This document shows, piece after piece, positions 28,279 through 39,444 of a stretch of DNA of 64,000 bases. The translations under genes and the position numbers were made by a program. Source of the stretch: Squalus acanthias. Lineage: Eukaryota. Positions within the stretch are counted from its first letter, which is position 1; the number at the start of each line of letters is the position of its first letter. Under the pieces are notes generated by a model. It did not search any database and was not told the DNA's origin. It saw nothing but the letters and a program-made list of their open reading frames with translations. The stretch lies in NCBI GenBank assembly GCA_030390025.1, contig CM059431.1:99636001-99700000 (forward strand), read 5' to 3'.

Positions 28279-29090
28279 AGGTTTCTCAAAATATGTTGCA
28301 GGTGGTGCAGGAGAAGCAGAAATACTGTGGAAGGAGCCAAGGGAGCAAGAAGCCATAAAATCAGGCAGGAAAAGTGCTGTCAACAGAGGCGAGTTTCAGT
28401 CCCAAAACATTAATTGAGCAAGGGCATCCCACACCTCTGAAATCAAGTGGAAAATCATGGGAAAAATCGCAAAATTTTGAAAACTATCAGTGGAGGCGAG
28501 TTTCAAACCCACCCAAACTGAAACCCGCCTCCATCTCACCTCCAGTGAGAAAATCGCCCCCACATTACAGGAAAGATGCGATTGCACTAGAGAGGGTATA
28601 AAGGAGATTTACGAGGATGTTGCCGGGACTGGAGAATTTTAGATATAGGGAAAGATTGGATAGGCTGGGGTTGTTTTCTTTGGAGCAGAGGAGGCTGAGG
28701 GGAGACCTGATTGAGGTGTATAATATTATGAGGGGCCTAGATAGAATGGATAGGAAGCACCTATTTCCCTTAGCAAAGAGGTCAATAACTGGGGGCATAG
28801 ATTTAAAGTAATTGGTAGAAGGATTAGTGGGGAGTTGAGGAGAATTTCTTTCACCCAGAGGGTGGTGGGGGTCCAAAACTCACTGTCTGAAAGGGTGGTA
28901 GAGGCAGAAACCCTCATCGCATTTAAAAAGTACTTGGATGTGCACTTGAAGTGCCGTCACCCACAGGACTACGGACCAAGAGCTGGAAAGTGGGATTAGG
29001 CTGGATGGTGCTCTTTCTCGGCCGACACAGACACGATGGGCCGAATAACCTCCTTCTGTGCCATAAACTTCTATGATTCTTTGATTCTAT

Positions 29091-29530
29091 GAGGAGAGAT
29101 TGAGTAGAATGGGCCTATATTCCCTGGAGTTTAGAAGAATGTGAGGTGATCTAATTGAAACGTATAAAATTTTTAGAGGGCTTGACAGGGTAGATGCTGA
29201 AAGGCTGTTTCCCCCTGGCTGGAGAGTCTAGAACTAAGGGGCATAGTCTCAGGATAAGGGGTCGGCCAATTAAGACTGAGATGAGGAGAAATTTCTTCTC
29301 TCAGAGGGTGGTGAATTTTTGGAATTCTCTACCCCAGAGGGCTGTGGAGGCTCAGTCGTTGAGTATATTCAAGACAGAGATCAATAGATTTTTGGACTCT
29401 AGGGGAATCGAGGAATATGGGGAGCGGGCGGGAAAGTGGAGTTGAGGTCGAAGATCAGCCAGGATCTTATTGAATGGCGGAACAGGTTCGAGGGGCCGAA
29501 TGGCCGACTCCTGCTCCTATTTCTTATGAT
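29091..29530 (+). mobile_element. CR1 3' fragment
   Basis: FPLAGESRTKGHSL..FFSQRVVNFWNSLPQ plus 3' UTR. Confidence 0.9.
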
Positions 29531-29713
29531 CTTATAAATGATATCCATGCACAGTTTACTAGCTTTGTTGCAAATATGGAGGGACAGTGTGCACTTCAAA
29601 GCCACCTCAGTGTTACGCCCTCTGCCAGGCACCGAGCGGAGGGGATAATGAGTAAAGAACCAGTGTCATTCTGGGTTAAAGCACCAACAAAGAGTTCATG
29701 GGGACATAAAGCA

Positions 29714-30097
29714 TCATACAGCACAGAGGGAGGCCATTCGGCCCATCCTGCCTGTGCTGACTCTTTGAAAGAGCTCTCCAATTGTCCCACTCCCCCCGCT
29801 CTTTCCCAGAGCCCTGCACATTTTTCTTTTCCAGTATTTTTCCAATTCCCTTTTGAAAGTTATTATTGAATCTGCTTCCACCCTTTCAGGCAGCGCATTC
29901 CAGATCACAACAACTCACTGCGTAAAAACATTTCTCCTCATCTCCCCTCTGGTTCTTTTGCCAGTTACCTTCATTCTGTGTCCTCTGGTTACCGACCCTC
30001 CTGCCACTGGGAACAGTTTCTCCTTATCTACTCTATCAAAACCCTTTCTAATTTTGAACAGCTCTAGTAAATCTTCCCATAACCTTCGCTGCTCTAA
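29714..30097 (-). mobile_element. CR1 3' fragment
   Basis: IWNALPERVEADSIITFKRELEKY plus 3' UTR. Confidence 0.88.
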
Positions 30098-30384
30098 TGT
30101 CTCAGCTTTTTAATTTCCCTCATTACTGTGAATTACAGCGTATTTCAGAGCAGGGAAGCCAGTGATAGAAGCCAGCCATTCAAAGTCAAAATGTTAATAT
30201 GATAAATTCAGACAATGTGACTTAATTTGCAGTCGTATATTTTTATTTCAGGGGTGTCAGAATCCCTTTAGCCGTTATAAATTGTTATTTCGAACACCAG
30301 CAGATCTCCGGTGGGATTGCTCATGGTAAAGTCAAATCTTACGCTGTTGTTGCAATGACAGGAGGGTCATACCGTGTCATTGAA

Positions 30385-30564
30385 AGAAAGAAATCAGGAA
30401 CTTGCATTTCTATAGCGCCTTTCACGATTTCAGGACGTCCCAAAGCTCTTTATAGCCAATGAAGTACTTTTAAAGTATAGTCACTGTTGTAATGTAGGAA
30501 ACGCAGCAGACAATTTGCGCACAGCAAGCTCCCACAAACAGCATTGTGACAGTGACCAGATAAT
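30385..30564 (-). mobile_element. Deu-type SINE, 3' part
   Basis: Same sequence as the 3' half of the SINE at 33866-34252, with an L2-like tail. Confidence 0.8.
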
Positions 30565-31385
30565 ATTGGGCTCCTTTGCACCTCCCGTTAGCGCCTCCGA
30601 GGGGCGCTAACGGGGCGCAAAAGGGTTTACGACCGGGCGCGGCGATATCAACGCCTCCCGCTAAATTCGACAGTAGTTTTGCGATGGCGGTAAGACATTG
30701 CGCCGAGATCTCCTGCGCCCGGAGATCGTGATGTCATTGCCAGATCTATTCCAGCCACCACATCAAGCTTGCGGCTGGCTGCTGGGAGACAAGGGTTATC
30801 CGCTCTCCACCTGGCTCATGACTCCCCTCCGCAACCCCAACACTCCTGACCAGCACTCATATAATGAGAGCCAGGTTGCCACCAGGAACATCATTTAGCA
30901 AACCATTGGAGTGCTCAAGCAACGGTTCCGCTGCCTTGACCGCTCAGGAGGAGCCCTCCAGTACTCGGCTGAGCGGGTGTCACTTCGTCATCTGCTGCAT
31001 GCTGCACAACTTGGCCATCATGAGGGCCCAGCCATTGCCACCAGGCACAGCCGCACCTCCTCAGGAAGAGGAGCAGGATGAGGAGGAGGAGGATGAGGAG
31101 GAGGAGGAGGAGCAAGAGGAACAGGAGGATGAACAGCAGTGACGGAGGAGGCAGCCACTGAATCGGCATTCTGCAAGGTTGGTCCGTGACTGTCTCATCA
31201 GACTTCGTTTCCAGTGACTTCGAGTCCTCGTTCCGGTTGCTGAGCACGTCGCCGTTATTCCATCACTTTGTGATTCCATACCACACCCTAGAACTGAGAC
31301 ATGAGACACAGCATCAAATCTGCAACATTCCAGTGATAAATTTATCAACATTCAGTAAACACATATATACAACAACAATATTAAC
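30565..31385 (+). mobile_element. Harbinger fragment: terminal module fused to the transposase C-terminal part (30741-31217)
   Basis: [54 protein letters not shown], an acidic tail and LIRLRFQ*. Confidence 0.88.
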
Positions 31386-31388
31386 TAA

Positions 31389-32500
31389 TCACCAATTAAA
31401 TATTGGAAAGACCGAAGCCATTGTTTTCGGTCCCACATCGTTACCTCTGGTGTCCCCCAAAGGATCTATCCTTGGCCCCTCCTATTTCTATCTACATGTT
31501 GCCCCTTGGCGACATCATCCGAAAACACAGCGTCAGTTTCCACTTGTACGCTGACAACACCCAGCTCTGCCTCACCACCACCTCTCTCGACCCCTCCACG
31601 GTCTCTAAATTGTCAGACTACTTGTCTGACATCCAGTTCTGGATGAGCAGAAATTTTTTCCAATTAAATATTGGGAAGACCGAAGCCATTGTTTTCGACC
31701 CCCGCCACAAACTCCGTTCCTTAGCCATTGACTCCATCCCTCTCCCTAACATCTGTCTGTGGCTGAACCACACTGTTTGCAGCCTTGGTGTCATATTTGA
31801 CCCTGAAATGAGCTTCCAACCACATATCCGCAGCATAACTAAGACCGCCTACTTCCACCTCTGTAACATCGCCCGTCTCCGCCCTTGCCTCAGCTCATCT
31901 GCTGCTGAAACCCTCATCTATGCCTTTGTTACCTCTAGACTCGACTATTCCAATACACTCCTGACTGGCCTCCCACATTCTACCCTACGCAAACTTGAGG
32001 TCATCCAAAACTCGGCTCCCCGTGTCCTAACTTGCACCAAGTCCCGTTTGCCCATCACCCCAGTGCTCGCTGACCTACATTGGCACCCGGTTAAGCAACG
32101 CCTCATTTTCAAAATTCTCATCCTTGTTTTCAAATCACTCCATGGTCTCGCCCCTCCCTATCTCTGTAATCTCCTTCAGCCCCACAACCCCCCCCCCCGA
32201 GATATCTGCACTCCTCCAATTCTGCCCTCTTGAGCATCCCTGATTATAATCACTCCACCATTGGCGGCCGTGCCTTCTGCTGCCTAGCTCTGGAATTCCC
32301 TCCCTAAACCTCTCCACCTCTCTTTCCTCCTTTAAGACGCTCCTTAAAACCTACCTCTTTGACCAAGCTTTTGCTCACCTGCCCTAATTTCTCCTTATGT
32401 GGCTCAGTGTCAAGTTTTTTGTCTTTTAATACTCCTGTGAAGCACCTTGGGACGTTTTACTACTTTAAAGGTGCTATATAAATGCAATTTGTTGTTGTTG
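31389..32500 (+). mobile_element. L2-type LINE 3' fragment
   Basis: ORF 31403-32233 with HLYADNTQL, LNIGKTE, SRLDYSN and LHWHPV, plus a (TTG)n tail. 31391-31435 duplicates 31661-31700. Confidence 0.9.
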
Positions 32501-32615
32501 TACTGGGAGTGTCAGGCTAGAGTTTTGAGCTCAAGTCTCTGGAGTGGGACTTGAACCCACAACTGTTCTAGACTCAGCAGGTGAGCATGCTGCCCACTGA
32601 GCCACAGCTGACACA
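32501..32615 (-). mobile_element. tRNA-derived head of a Deu-type SINE
   Basis: Minus strand has A box TGGCTCAGTGG and B box GGTTCAAGTCC, then cactccagagacttgagc as in the 33866 copy. Confidence 0.75.
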
Positions 32616-32689
32616 ACTGATGCCAATCGATTTTGGAGGGAAGCTCGCTTAAAAACTTCTGGCTGCAAGTCATTCTACTCGCTGAAAGT

Positions 32690-32862
32690 AAAGGAAAGAC
32701 TCCATTTCTATAGCGCCTTTCACCACCTCAGGACGTCCCAAAGCGCTTTACAGCCAGTGAAGTACTTTTGAAGTGTAGTCACTGTCGTAATGTAGGAAAC
32801 ACGGCAGCCAATTTGCGCACAGCAAGCTCCCACAAACAGCAACATTTACAGTGACCAGATTA
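32690..32862 (-). mobile_element. Deu-type SINE, 3' part
   Basis: Matches the other copies (caggacgtcccaaagcgctttacagcc...gcacagcaagctcccacaaacagc). Confidence 0.8.
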
Positions 32863-33021
32863 ATACCGCACCCACCAAAAACTGACCCAGATCTATCATC
32901 GGCCCCTGATTGTCGGTTTCAGGCTGGAGGTTGGCTCTGCGGGTCGGAAGCCACCGGCATTTGACGGTAGTTTTGCTTCTTTAATAAAGGTCGATGTTTG
33001 CGTGTGCACTGATACTTCTTG

Positions 33022-33226
33022 AAAAAAATTCATTCTCGGGGTGTGGGCGAAGCTGGCAAGGCCGGCATTTATTGCCCGTCCCCAGTTGCCCTAAAAAGTG
33101 GTTTTGATACAACTGAGTGGATCACTCGACCACTTCAGAGGGGGGTTAAGAGTCAACCACATTGGTGTGGGATTGGAGTCACATGTAGGCCCAGACCGGG
33201 TAAGGACGGCAGGTTTCCTTCCCTAA
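33022..33226 (-). mobile_element. Fragment of the tRNA-headed SINE/LINE family at 57-62 kb
   Basis: Reverse complement of ggaaacctgccgtccttacc...gggcaataaatgccggcc. Confidence 0.75.
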
Positions 33227-33865
33227 TAACTGATATAAAAAAAATTCATTTGTTTATGGTAGCATTAAAATGGAAAAAAAAGGATTGCATTTTAAAACGC
33301 TTGTGTTATGATCTGGTTCTCGTGTTCCTCTGTTTACCAGTAATCCTAAATGCCTTAAGTTGGACTGTTTCCTGTTCAGTAGATTTTCTAAAATAATTGA
33401 TATGCTTGCCTGTCATTGATTTAGTGCAATTTCTTTGTTTTAAATGAAAACATAATGTACAAAGTGTTTTTCAAAGAGGATTTTGGACTTTGCATTTGCA
33501 ATCGTGAATGGATTTGATTGTTATAGAACTCCACTGTTACTCTTGTATATCAAATTATCCAGACAGAGTTAAAAAGATACCTCAAGGCAAAAGAAAATGA
33601 GTTCTTGCCTTTTCACATTGTGACTTTCATGCTTCGACTGAAGAAAATAACTTTGCCCTCAAATAGAAAATAGCTTCTTTCGTCTTTTAATGAATAAAAC
33701 ATTGTTCATTAAAGCACATTTTAATCATGCTTAAGATGTGGGCTGCACTTTGGTACATTCGTTCTGAAGAGTTGCATCTAGCCCCGGGTTCGATGCTCAT
33801 AAATCAATGTCCAGGTACTTTACTTGAACTATAAAATTATGAATATTAGAATCAGTTTGCCATAA

Positions 33866-34252
33866 GAAAGAAAGAACTTGCATTTATATAGCGCCTTTCA
33901 CGGACGTCCCAAAGCGCTTTACAGCCAATGAAATACTTCTGAAGTGTCGTCACTGTTGTAATGTAGGAAACGTGGCAGACAATTTGTGCACAGCAAGCTC
34001 CCACAAACAGCAATGTGATAATGACCAGATAGTGGTGTTGGGTTGAGGGATAAATATTGGCCAGGACAACGGGGAAAACTTCCCTGCTCTTCTTCAAAAT
34101 AGTGTCCTTGGGATCTTTTACGCCCACCTGAGGGGGCAGACGGGGCCTCAGTTTAACGTCTCATCCGAAAGACGGCACCTCCAACAGTGCAGCCCTCCCT
34201 CTGTACCGCACTGGGAGTGTCAGCCTAGATTATGGGCTCAAGTCTCTGGAGT
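33866..34252 (-). mobile_element. Deu-domain SINE (AmnSINE1/SacSINE1-like)
   Basis: Minus strand gtgccgtctttcggatgagacgttaaactgaggccccgtctg...aaagatccc...gtcctggccaatatttatccctcaacc is recognisable as the Deu core. L2-like 3' tail. Confidence 0.8.
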
Positions 34253-34494
34253 GCGATGAAGATGTAATCTTCAGATATATAGTTTCATATCGATGCTTGA
34301 GACAAGTCCTGACAGTTCATGTTTATTTACTGTCCAAAGTTAATCCTTGTCTTTGACACTTTCATGTTATATAACTAGTGTGCTTTTTTTATATAGCTTG
34401 GCTGTTCCCAAACAGTAGGGTAAAATGCACTTGTAAATGTTGAGGTAAAGGGAATGGGTAACACAATTCCAATTTTAATTTATCCTTGGTTAGA

Positions 34495-35076
34495 ATTTCT
34501 AGGCTTGACTATTCCAACGCACTCCTGGCTGGCCTCCCACCTTGCACCCTACATAAACTTGAGGTCACCCAAAACTCGGCTGCCCGTGTCCTAACTCGCA
34601 CCCAGTCCCGTTCACCCATCACCCCTGTGCTCACTGACCTACATTGGCTCCCGGTTAAGCAGCCTCTCGATTTCAAAATTCTCATCCTTGTTTTCAAATC
34701 CCTCCATGGCCTCGCCTCTCCCTATCTCTGTAATCTCCTCCAGCCCCACAACCCCCCGTGATATCTGCGCTCCTCTAATTCTGCCCTCTTGAGCATCCCT
34801 GATTATAATCGCTCAACTTTTGGTGGCCGTGCCTTCTGTTGCCTGGGCCATAAGCTCTGGAATTCCCTCCCTAAACCTCTCCGCCTCGCTACCTCTCTTT
34901 CCTCCTTTAAGACGCTCCTTAAAACCTACCTCTTTGAGCAAGCTTTTGGTCACCTGCCCTAATTTCTCCTTATGTGGCTCAGTGTCAAATTTTTTGTCTT
35001 TTAATACTCCTGTGCAGCGCCTTGGGATGTTTTACTACGTTAAAGGCGCTATATAAATACAAGTTGTTGTTGTTGT
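34495..35076 (+). mobile_element. L2-type LINE 3' fragment
   Basis: [20 protein letters not shown] with a (TTG)n tail. Confidence 0.9.
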
Positions 35077-35577
35077 AGAATTTGCTGAACGGATCATCCT
35101 GCGTCACAGAAAGGTTCAACGAAGAACACTCACGACCTAGAATGCTTTCTGCTTTCTTCATCCAGCTTTGTTCATTTATTACAGCGTGGCACCAGAATAT
35201 TATTTTAAAAAGTCAAATTCAACTGTAGCCGCAAAATGCTTGATGTTTTGTGACAAGTGTTAATTTAGTTCACACTGTTCCATGTACTCTCGCATCCTGT
35301 GTGTAGCATTTTAATTTTTGCAAAGCCCGGAAAGGGTCTGGAGAATTAATCGCACGACACTGTGTGGGTGGGATGACAGTAAACGCTTCAGTCAAAGACT
35401 TACTGAATATAATTTGCTAGATGTTGGGTTGTAAGAAAAATAAAAGAGTGGTAATTTTATATAAAAATGAATTTGGAAAGTCCAACATTATAAACCGATA
35501 GCGCACAGCAATTGAACAGCAGTCAGTACATCCTTATGGAGAAGCGACTGTGCACCAAACCCAACTTCTAAAGTCAT

Positions 35578-37789
35578 AGGCCCAGAAATTGGGCTTCGTA
35601 CTGCCACGAGTTACCGCCGCAATCTTGGAAAAAAATGGCGTCCGCCGCTCTAACGCCCATCTCTGGCGCGGGACTCGGCAGCTGCCATTTTGGTGAGGGC
35701 CTCAGTGGCCCTGGACATGCAAATATGGAGAGCGTGACGTCACGCTCTGCGAACTTCGACCCTAGCGCTGAGTTTAGCGCTGGGTCCTAAGCTCGCTCTG
35801 AAAAGCGAGCGTGCAGCAGGCTGACAGAGACGCTGTCAGCACTTCTTAAAGGGGCACACACATCTTTCAGGTAAATTTGCATTTAAGCTTTTGGACTGGA
35901 TTTTTTTAGATTTTATTGAAGTGGTGGATGCTTGCAAGGCCTCAGATGGTAAAGGAAGGCCTTTGAGAAGACAGAAAATGCTGGAAGTACTCAGCAGGTC
36001 AGGCAGCATCTGTGGAGAGAGAAACAGAGTTCATGTCTCAGGTCGAGATGCTGCCTGACCTGCTGAGTATTTCCAGCATTTTATGCTTTTATTTCAGAGT
36101 TACAGCATCTGCTCGCAGAGGGATGAGGAAGACTCAGAAGAGGAGGATGCAGAAGGAAGGATGCAACCCAGACAGCCCCTTTCTGGCTGGGATATCCAGG
36201 ATGGAATCATCCACCTGTGGTACCAGTGACCACAACCCAAATTCCACTTTCAACATTTGTCCCACACTTTACCTTCCCTCTGTTACTGACCATCACAGTG
36301 TCCTCTTGGCCACAATGCTGAAATAAAAGCCACCACAAACCAAATTTTCCAATCCAACTTTATACATCTATCCATCCAATATGACATCAAGAAATCAACT
36401 CATCACCCTTATGTATTCTCTTAGTAATTGTCTTGTGTGTGCCTTTGCCGATCCTACTGCTGTCACGCAGTGTGACCCCAGTGGCTGCAGCATGGCTGGT
36501 GGAAGGCTGCTGACTTTCAGTGGGGGGTCACTGCAAATCGCCTTGCTGGTCAACCTTGAGGAGCTGGTGGCTGGGAGTGTGAAATCGAGTGACGGTGTTT
36601 CTTCTTCTTCACTCTCCTCTCCCTCTTCTTGGTCAATCACTGGCTGGGCAGGCTGCATTTCTTGGGTGTGTGAAATGAGGAAGGCACAAGGGTGGAGTTG
36701 GGGAGGGCGGGAAAGCAAGAGGTGCATGTGAGAAGGAGGATAACATATGAGGATACCAGCATCTTGTATCCTTTCAGCCCTGCCGCTGGCCAAGGGCTCA
36801 GCCATGCCCCTGCCAAGAATGGCCAGCACCATCTCCTCCAAGGGGGTGAGGTGAAGCTAGGACTGGGAGGTGTGCCTCATGATTGGTACAGATTGTTGGT
36901 GGGTGAGTGAATGGGGGGGGGGGGGGGGGGGAGAGTCGTGCAGGGAGCAGTATGTGAGGCTAGTGGTGCAGTTGGTAGGAGGCTGTTTTTGAAGATGCAG
37001 TCACTGACCTTGACCACTGGCCTGAGGTCATGAAGCTTCTTTGGGCACTGGAGCCAGGTGGTGGGGGCAACACTGCTGGCAGTGACATCCTTGGTGTTCT
37101 TTCCGGAGCCTGGCCCCTGTGGGTAGAGGACCTCTCTTGCAGTGTTGACACCCTGCACAAAGCTGGAGTGCTGCTTGCGAGAGCCTGGCTGCCCCTTCCC
37201 TGGCTTGCTGAGCCATTTGTGTTAGTGCTGAAGCAATTTTCCCGTTTTTTTAGGTGCGGAAGGTAATTAAACTTTAAGAGCTGAAGACTCCCATTTGGGA
37301 ATTCCTTTTAATGTTAATTTTTTTCAGAAGGCAGTTGATCTCTAAGGGCTAAAAACTGCCTATTTTTAAATGACGTTTATTTTTTTCATTTCAGGAGGCA
37401 GTTCCCCTTTCAGGGACCTTACTGCTTTCTGAAATGATGGTCTTGCTTTAAGAGCAGGTCTCTCCAGGCCGAGATTTAAGGCTGCAATGAGATGGGAGTG
37501 GCTGGCCAGCAAGATGGCCCCTCTCCTTTAAGAACTGGCCGGCGCCAGTCTGTCTGGTTTCCATGGTTACGGACATCGCCTGAGCTTCGGTAGCATTCTG
37601 AGGTAGTGCCTCGCTCCCCGACGTTAACACCTTAAGAGAGGTGTGTAGCGCCTGATTTAACACTCAAATCACCTCCAGGGACGATAGAGGCGAATTTTGC
37701 AGTCGGAGGTGATAATTAGCGTCGGGCGCTAAACTTTGCGCCCAGCCGATATTAGCGCCCCGAAATGGGCGATACCCAATTTTTCCCTC
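35578..37789 (+). mobile_element. Non-autonomous Harbinger derivative, copy 2
   Basis: Ends ggcccagaaattggg / cccaatttttccctc. Transposase tail EEDSEEEDAEGRMQPRQPLS..IIHLWYQ* (+), Myb remnant (-), and a Penelope hairpin at 35975-36082. Confidence 0.8.
36420..37216 (-). pseudogene. Harbinger Myb/SANT-like gene remnant with apparent introns
   Basis: MAQQAREGAARLS..GVNTAREVLYPQG..TWLQCPKKLHDLRPVVK|gtcagt; LEEMVLAILG..ERIQDAG|gtatcc; QEMQPAQP..EEEETPSLDFTLPATSS. Confidence 0.72.
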
Positions 37790-38359
37790 AATGTCTTTTG
37801 GTACTTTTAGACATTGTTAGGTAACTTTTAGGCCATTTCTCCAACAATGCCAGTTCTTGAAATGGCTCGGGTTATTTATCAATGGGAAAGCTCTGAGCTC
37901 AAAGACCAGATAGGCTGAGGTAGACCTCGCACAGAGTGAAGTGTTAGTGAATGCACATTGGGTGTTAAATGTTCACCTGATTGGAGCAATTGCATTGAAC
38001 CATGGACTTCCTTGCCATTGTCATAGATTAATATTGCAGTCCTTTGTGATCGGGCTGCTTGCTTGCTCAATTCTACAAAGGTCGTCTCAGACCACCTTGG
38101 CACAGATCTAAGATTCAAACCCAGCCTAGGACAGTGAGTTTGATTGACTGTTGTCTCTGCGGCCTGTGAGAAGGATGCTGGATTGGCTGTAATCCTCCTT
38201 GAGCGATAGTTTGGTGGCTGGGGTCTGCAGTGAGAGGTATAGGAGCAGGAGTCGGCCATTCGGCCCCTCGAGCCTGCTCCGCCATTCAATAAGATCATGG
38301 CTGATCTTCGACCTCAACTCCACTTTCCCGCCTGATCCCCGTATCTCTCGATTCCCCTA

Positions 38360-38545
38360 GGACTAGAAATTCGTCTCGGGCAGTGGCACAAGACGGGCGC
38401 TATCGGATCAGCCGCCCGTTATACTCAGCGTCAGATGTTCAATTCCACTCCAGTCAATGGAACTAAATACCAGGCGTTGCGTATAACGGGCGGCCGAACT
38501 GCTAGCGCCCGTTTTGCACCACCGCCCGAGACGAATTTCTAGGCC
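38360..38545. mobile_element. 186-bp palindromic MITE (Harbinger/Tourist-like)
   Basis: TIR gg(a/c)ctagaaattcgtctcgggc, pairing for about 65 bp. TSD CTA/TTA (one mismatch). Confidence 0.88.
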
Positions 38546-38556
38546 TTAGAGTCCAA

Positions 38557-39444
38557 GGGGGGAAAAATTCGGTTGCTTTGCGCCTCCCGTTAGCACCCTA
38601 AGAGGGCGCTAATGGGGCGCAAAGCAACTAGCGCCCGGGCGCGGCGATGATTGTGCCGCTCGCGAAATTGACCAGACATTTTGCGGCGGCACTAAACACT
38701 ACCGCCACGATCTCCTGCGCCGGCAGATCGTGACGTCAGTCGAGCGTGCAACGCCCCTGTAGCACCCCGGACCGGATATTGAGTGGCTCCCCCTGCCTTA
38801 CCGCCTGCCGCTAGCAACGACAGGTTGAGGGGAGCGTTTTGCAGTCGGGAAGGGACGGGGGAGCGCTATTTAAAGGCGACTGCTTCCTGCCTTTTATTGT
38901 TGGCGACATTTTTGCACCACGCATTCTGAGAGAGAGAGACTTCTGGAGAGATTCAACTCTGTGTTGAGGAGTTTTGGGTACTGAGCAACACTTTGCAGGT
39001 TCATTTTGATTTGATCTTCCTTGCATCGATTTAGAAGAGACAATGAGGGCTGCACTCTGAGCTCTTTCCCTGGGCCTCTCCATTGTTCTTTCCAGCAGAT
39101 TTGATGTACAGGTCTCTCCAGGCCGAGATTCAAGGCTGCAATGAGCAGGGTGTGGATGGAGAGCAAGATCGACCCTCCCCTTTAAGAACTGGCCGGCGCC
39201 AGAGTGTCTGTGTTCCATTGCTGACTGACATCACATGAGCTTCGCCAGCGCTCTGAGGTAGCGCCTCGCTCCTCGGCGTTAGCACCTTAAGAGAGGTGTG
39301 TAGCACCTGATTTAGCGCTCCAATCACCTCCAGGGGCGATAGAAGCCAAGTTTGCAGTCGGAGGCGATAATTAGCGCCAGGCGCTAAACTTTGCGCCCGG
39401 CCGATAATTGCTCCCCAAACGGGGCGGTACCGAATTTCTCCCCC
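38557..39444 (+). mobile_element. Harbinger-type MITE
   Basis: TIRs gggggaaaaattcggt / accgaatttctccccc and TSD CAA. Left module matches 30565; right module matches 37455-37789. Confidence 0.88.

Larger units (their letters stand above)
25950..28560 (+). mobile_element. Harbinger/PIF DNA transposon, near-complete and decayed
   Basis: TIRs ggggcgattttct / agaaaatcgcccc, 3-bp TSD CAC, and the empty site restores CR1 tggtcaccacattacagg. Carries a transposase and a convergent Myb gene. Confidence 0.95.
23945..29090 (+). mobile_element. Long CR1 LINE ORF2 remnant (endonuclease C-terminus, RT, 3' UTR), split by two insertions
   Basis: VDLVLGNE..GGSEH, DWRTANVVPLFKKG..NYRPVSLT, GVPQGSVLGP and KFADDTK. 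The FWSP|HYRKD sequence resumes after 28560. Tail ttctatga. Confidence 0.93.

Noticed and set aside
32520..32615. tRNA gene (also at 57245 and 58497, with faint heads near 33740 and 46350)
   Set aside because: A and B boxes are present, but I see no complete cloverleaf, and the clear examples continue into SINE bodies.
36913..36932. Poly-G run of about 20 nt
   Set aside because: A simple homopolymer in a transposon intron, absent from copy 1, and its length is unreliable.
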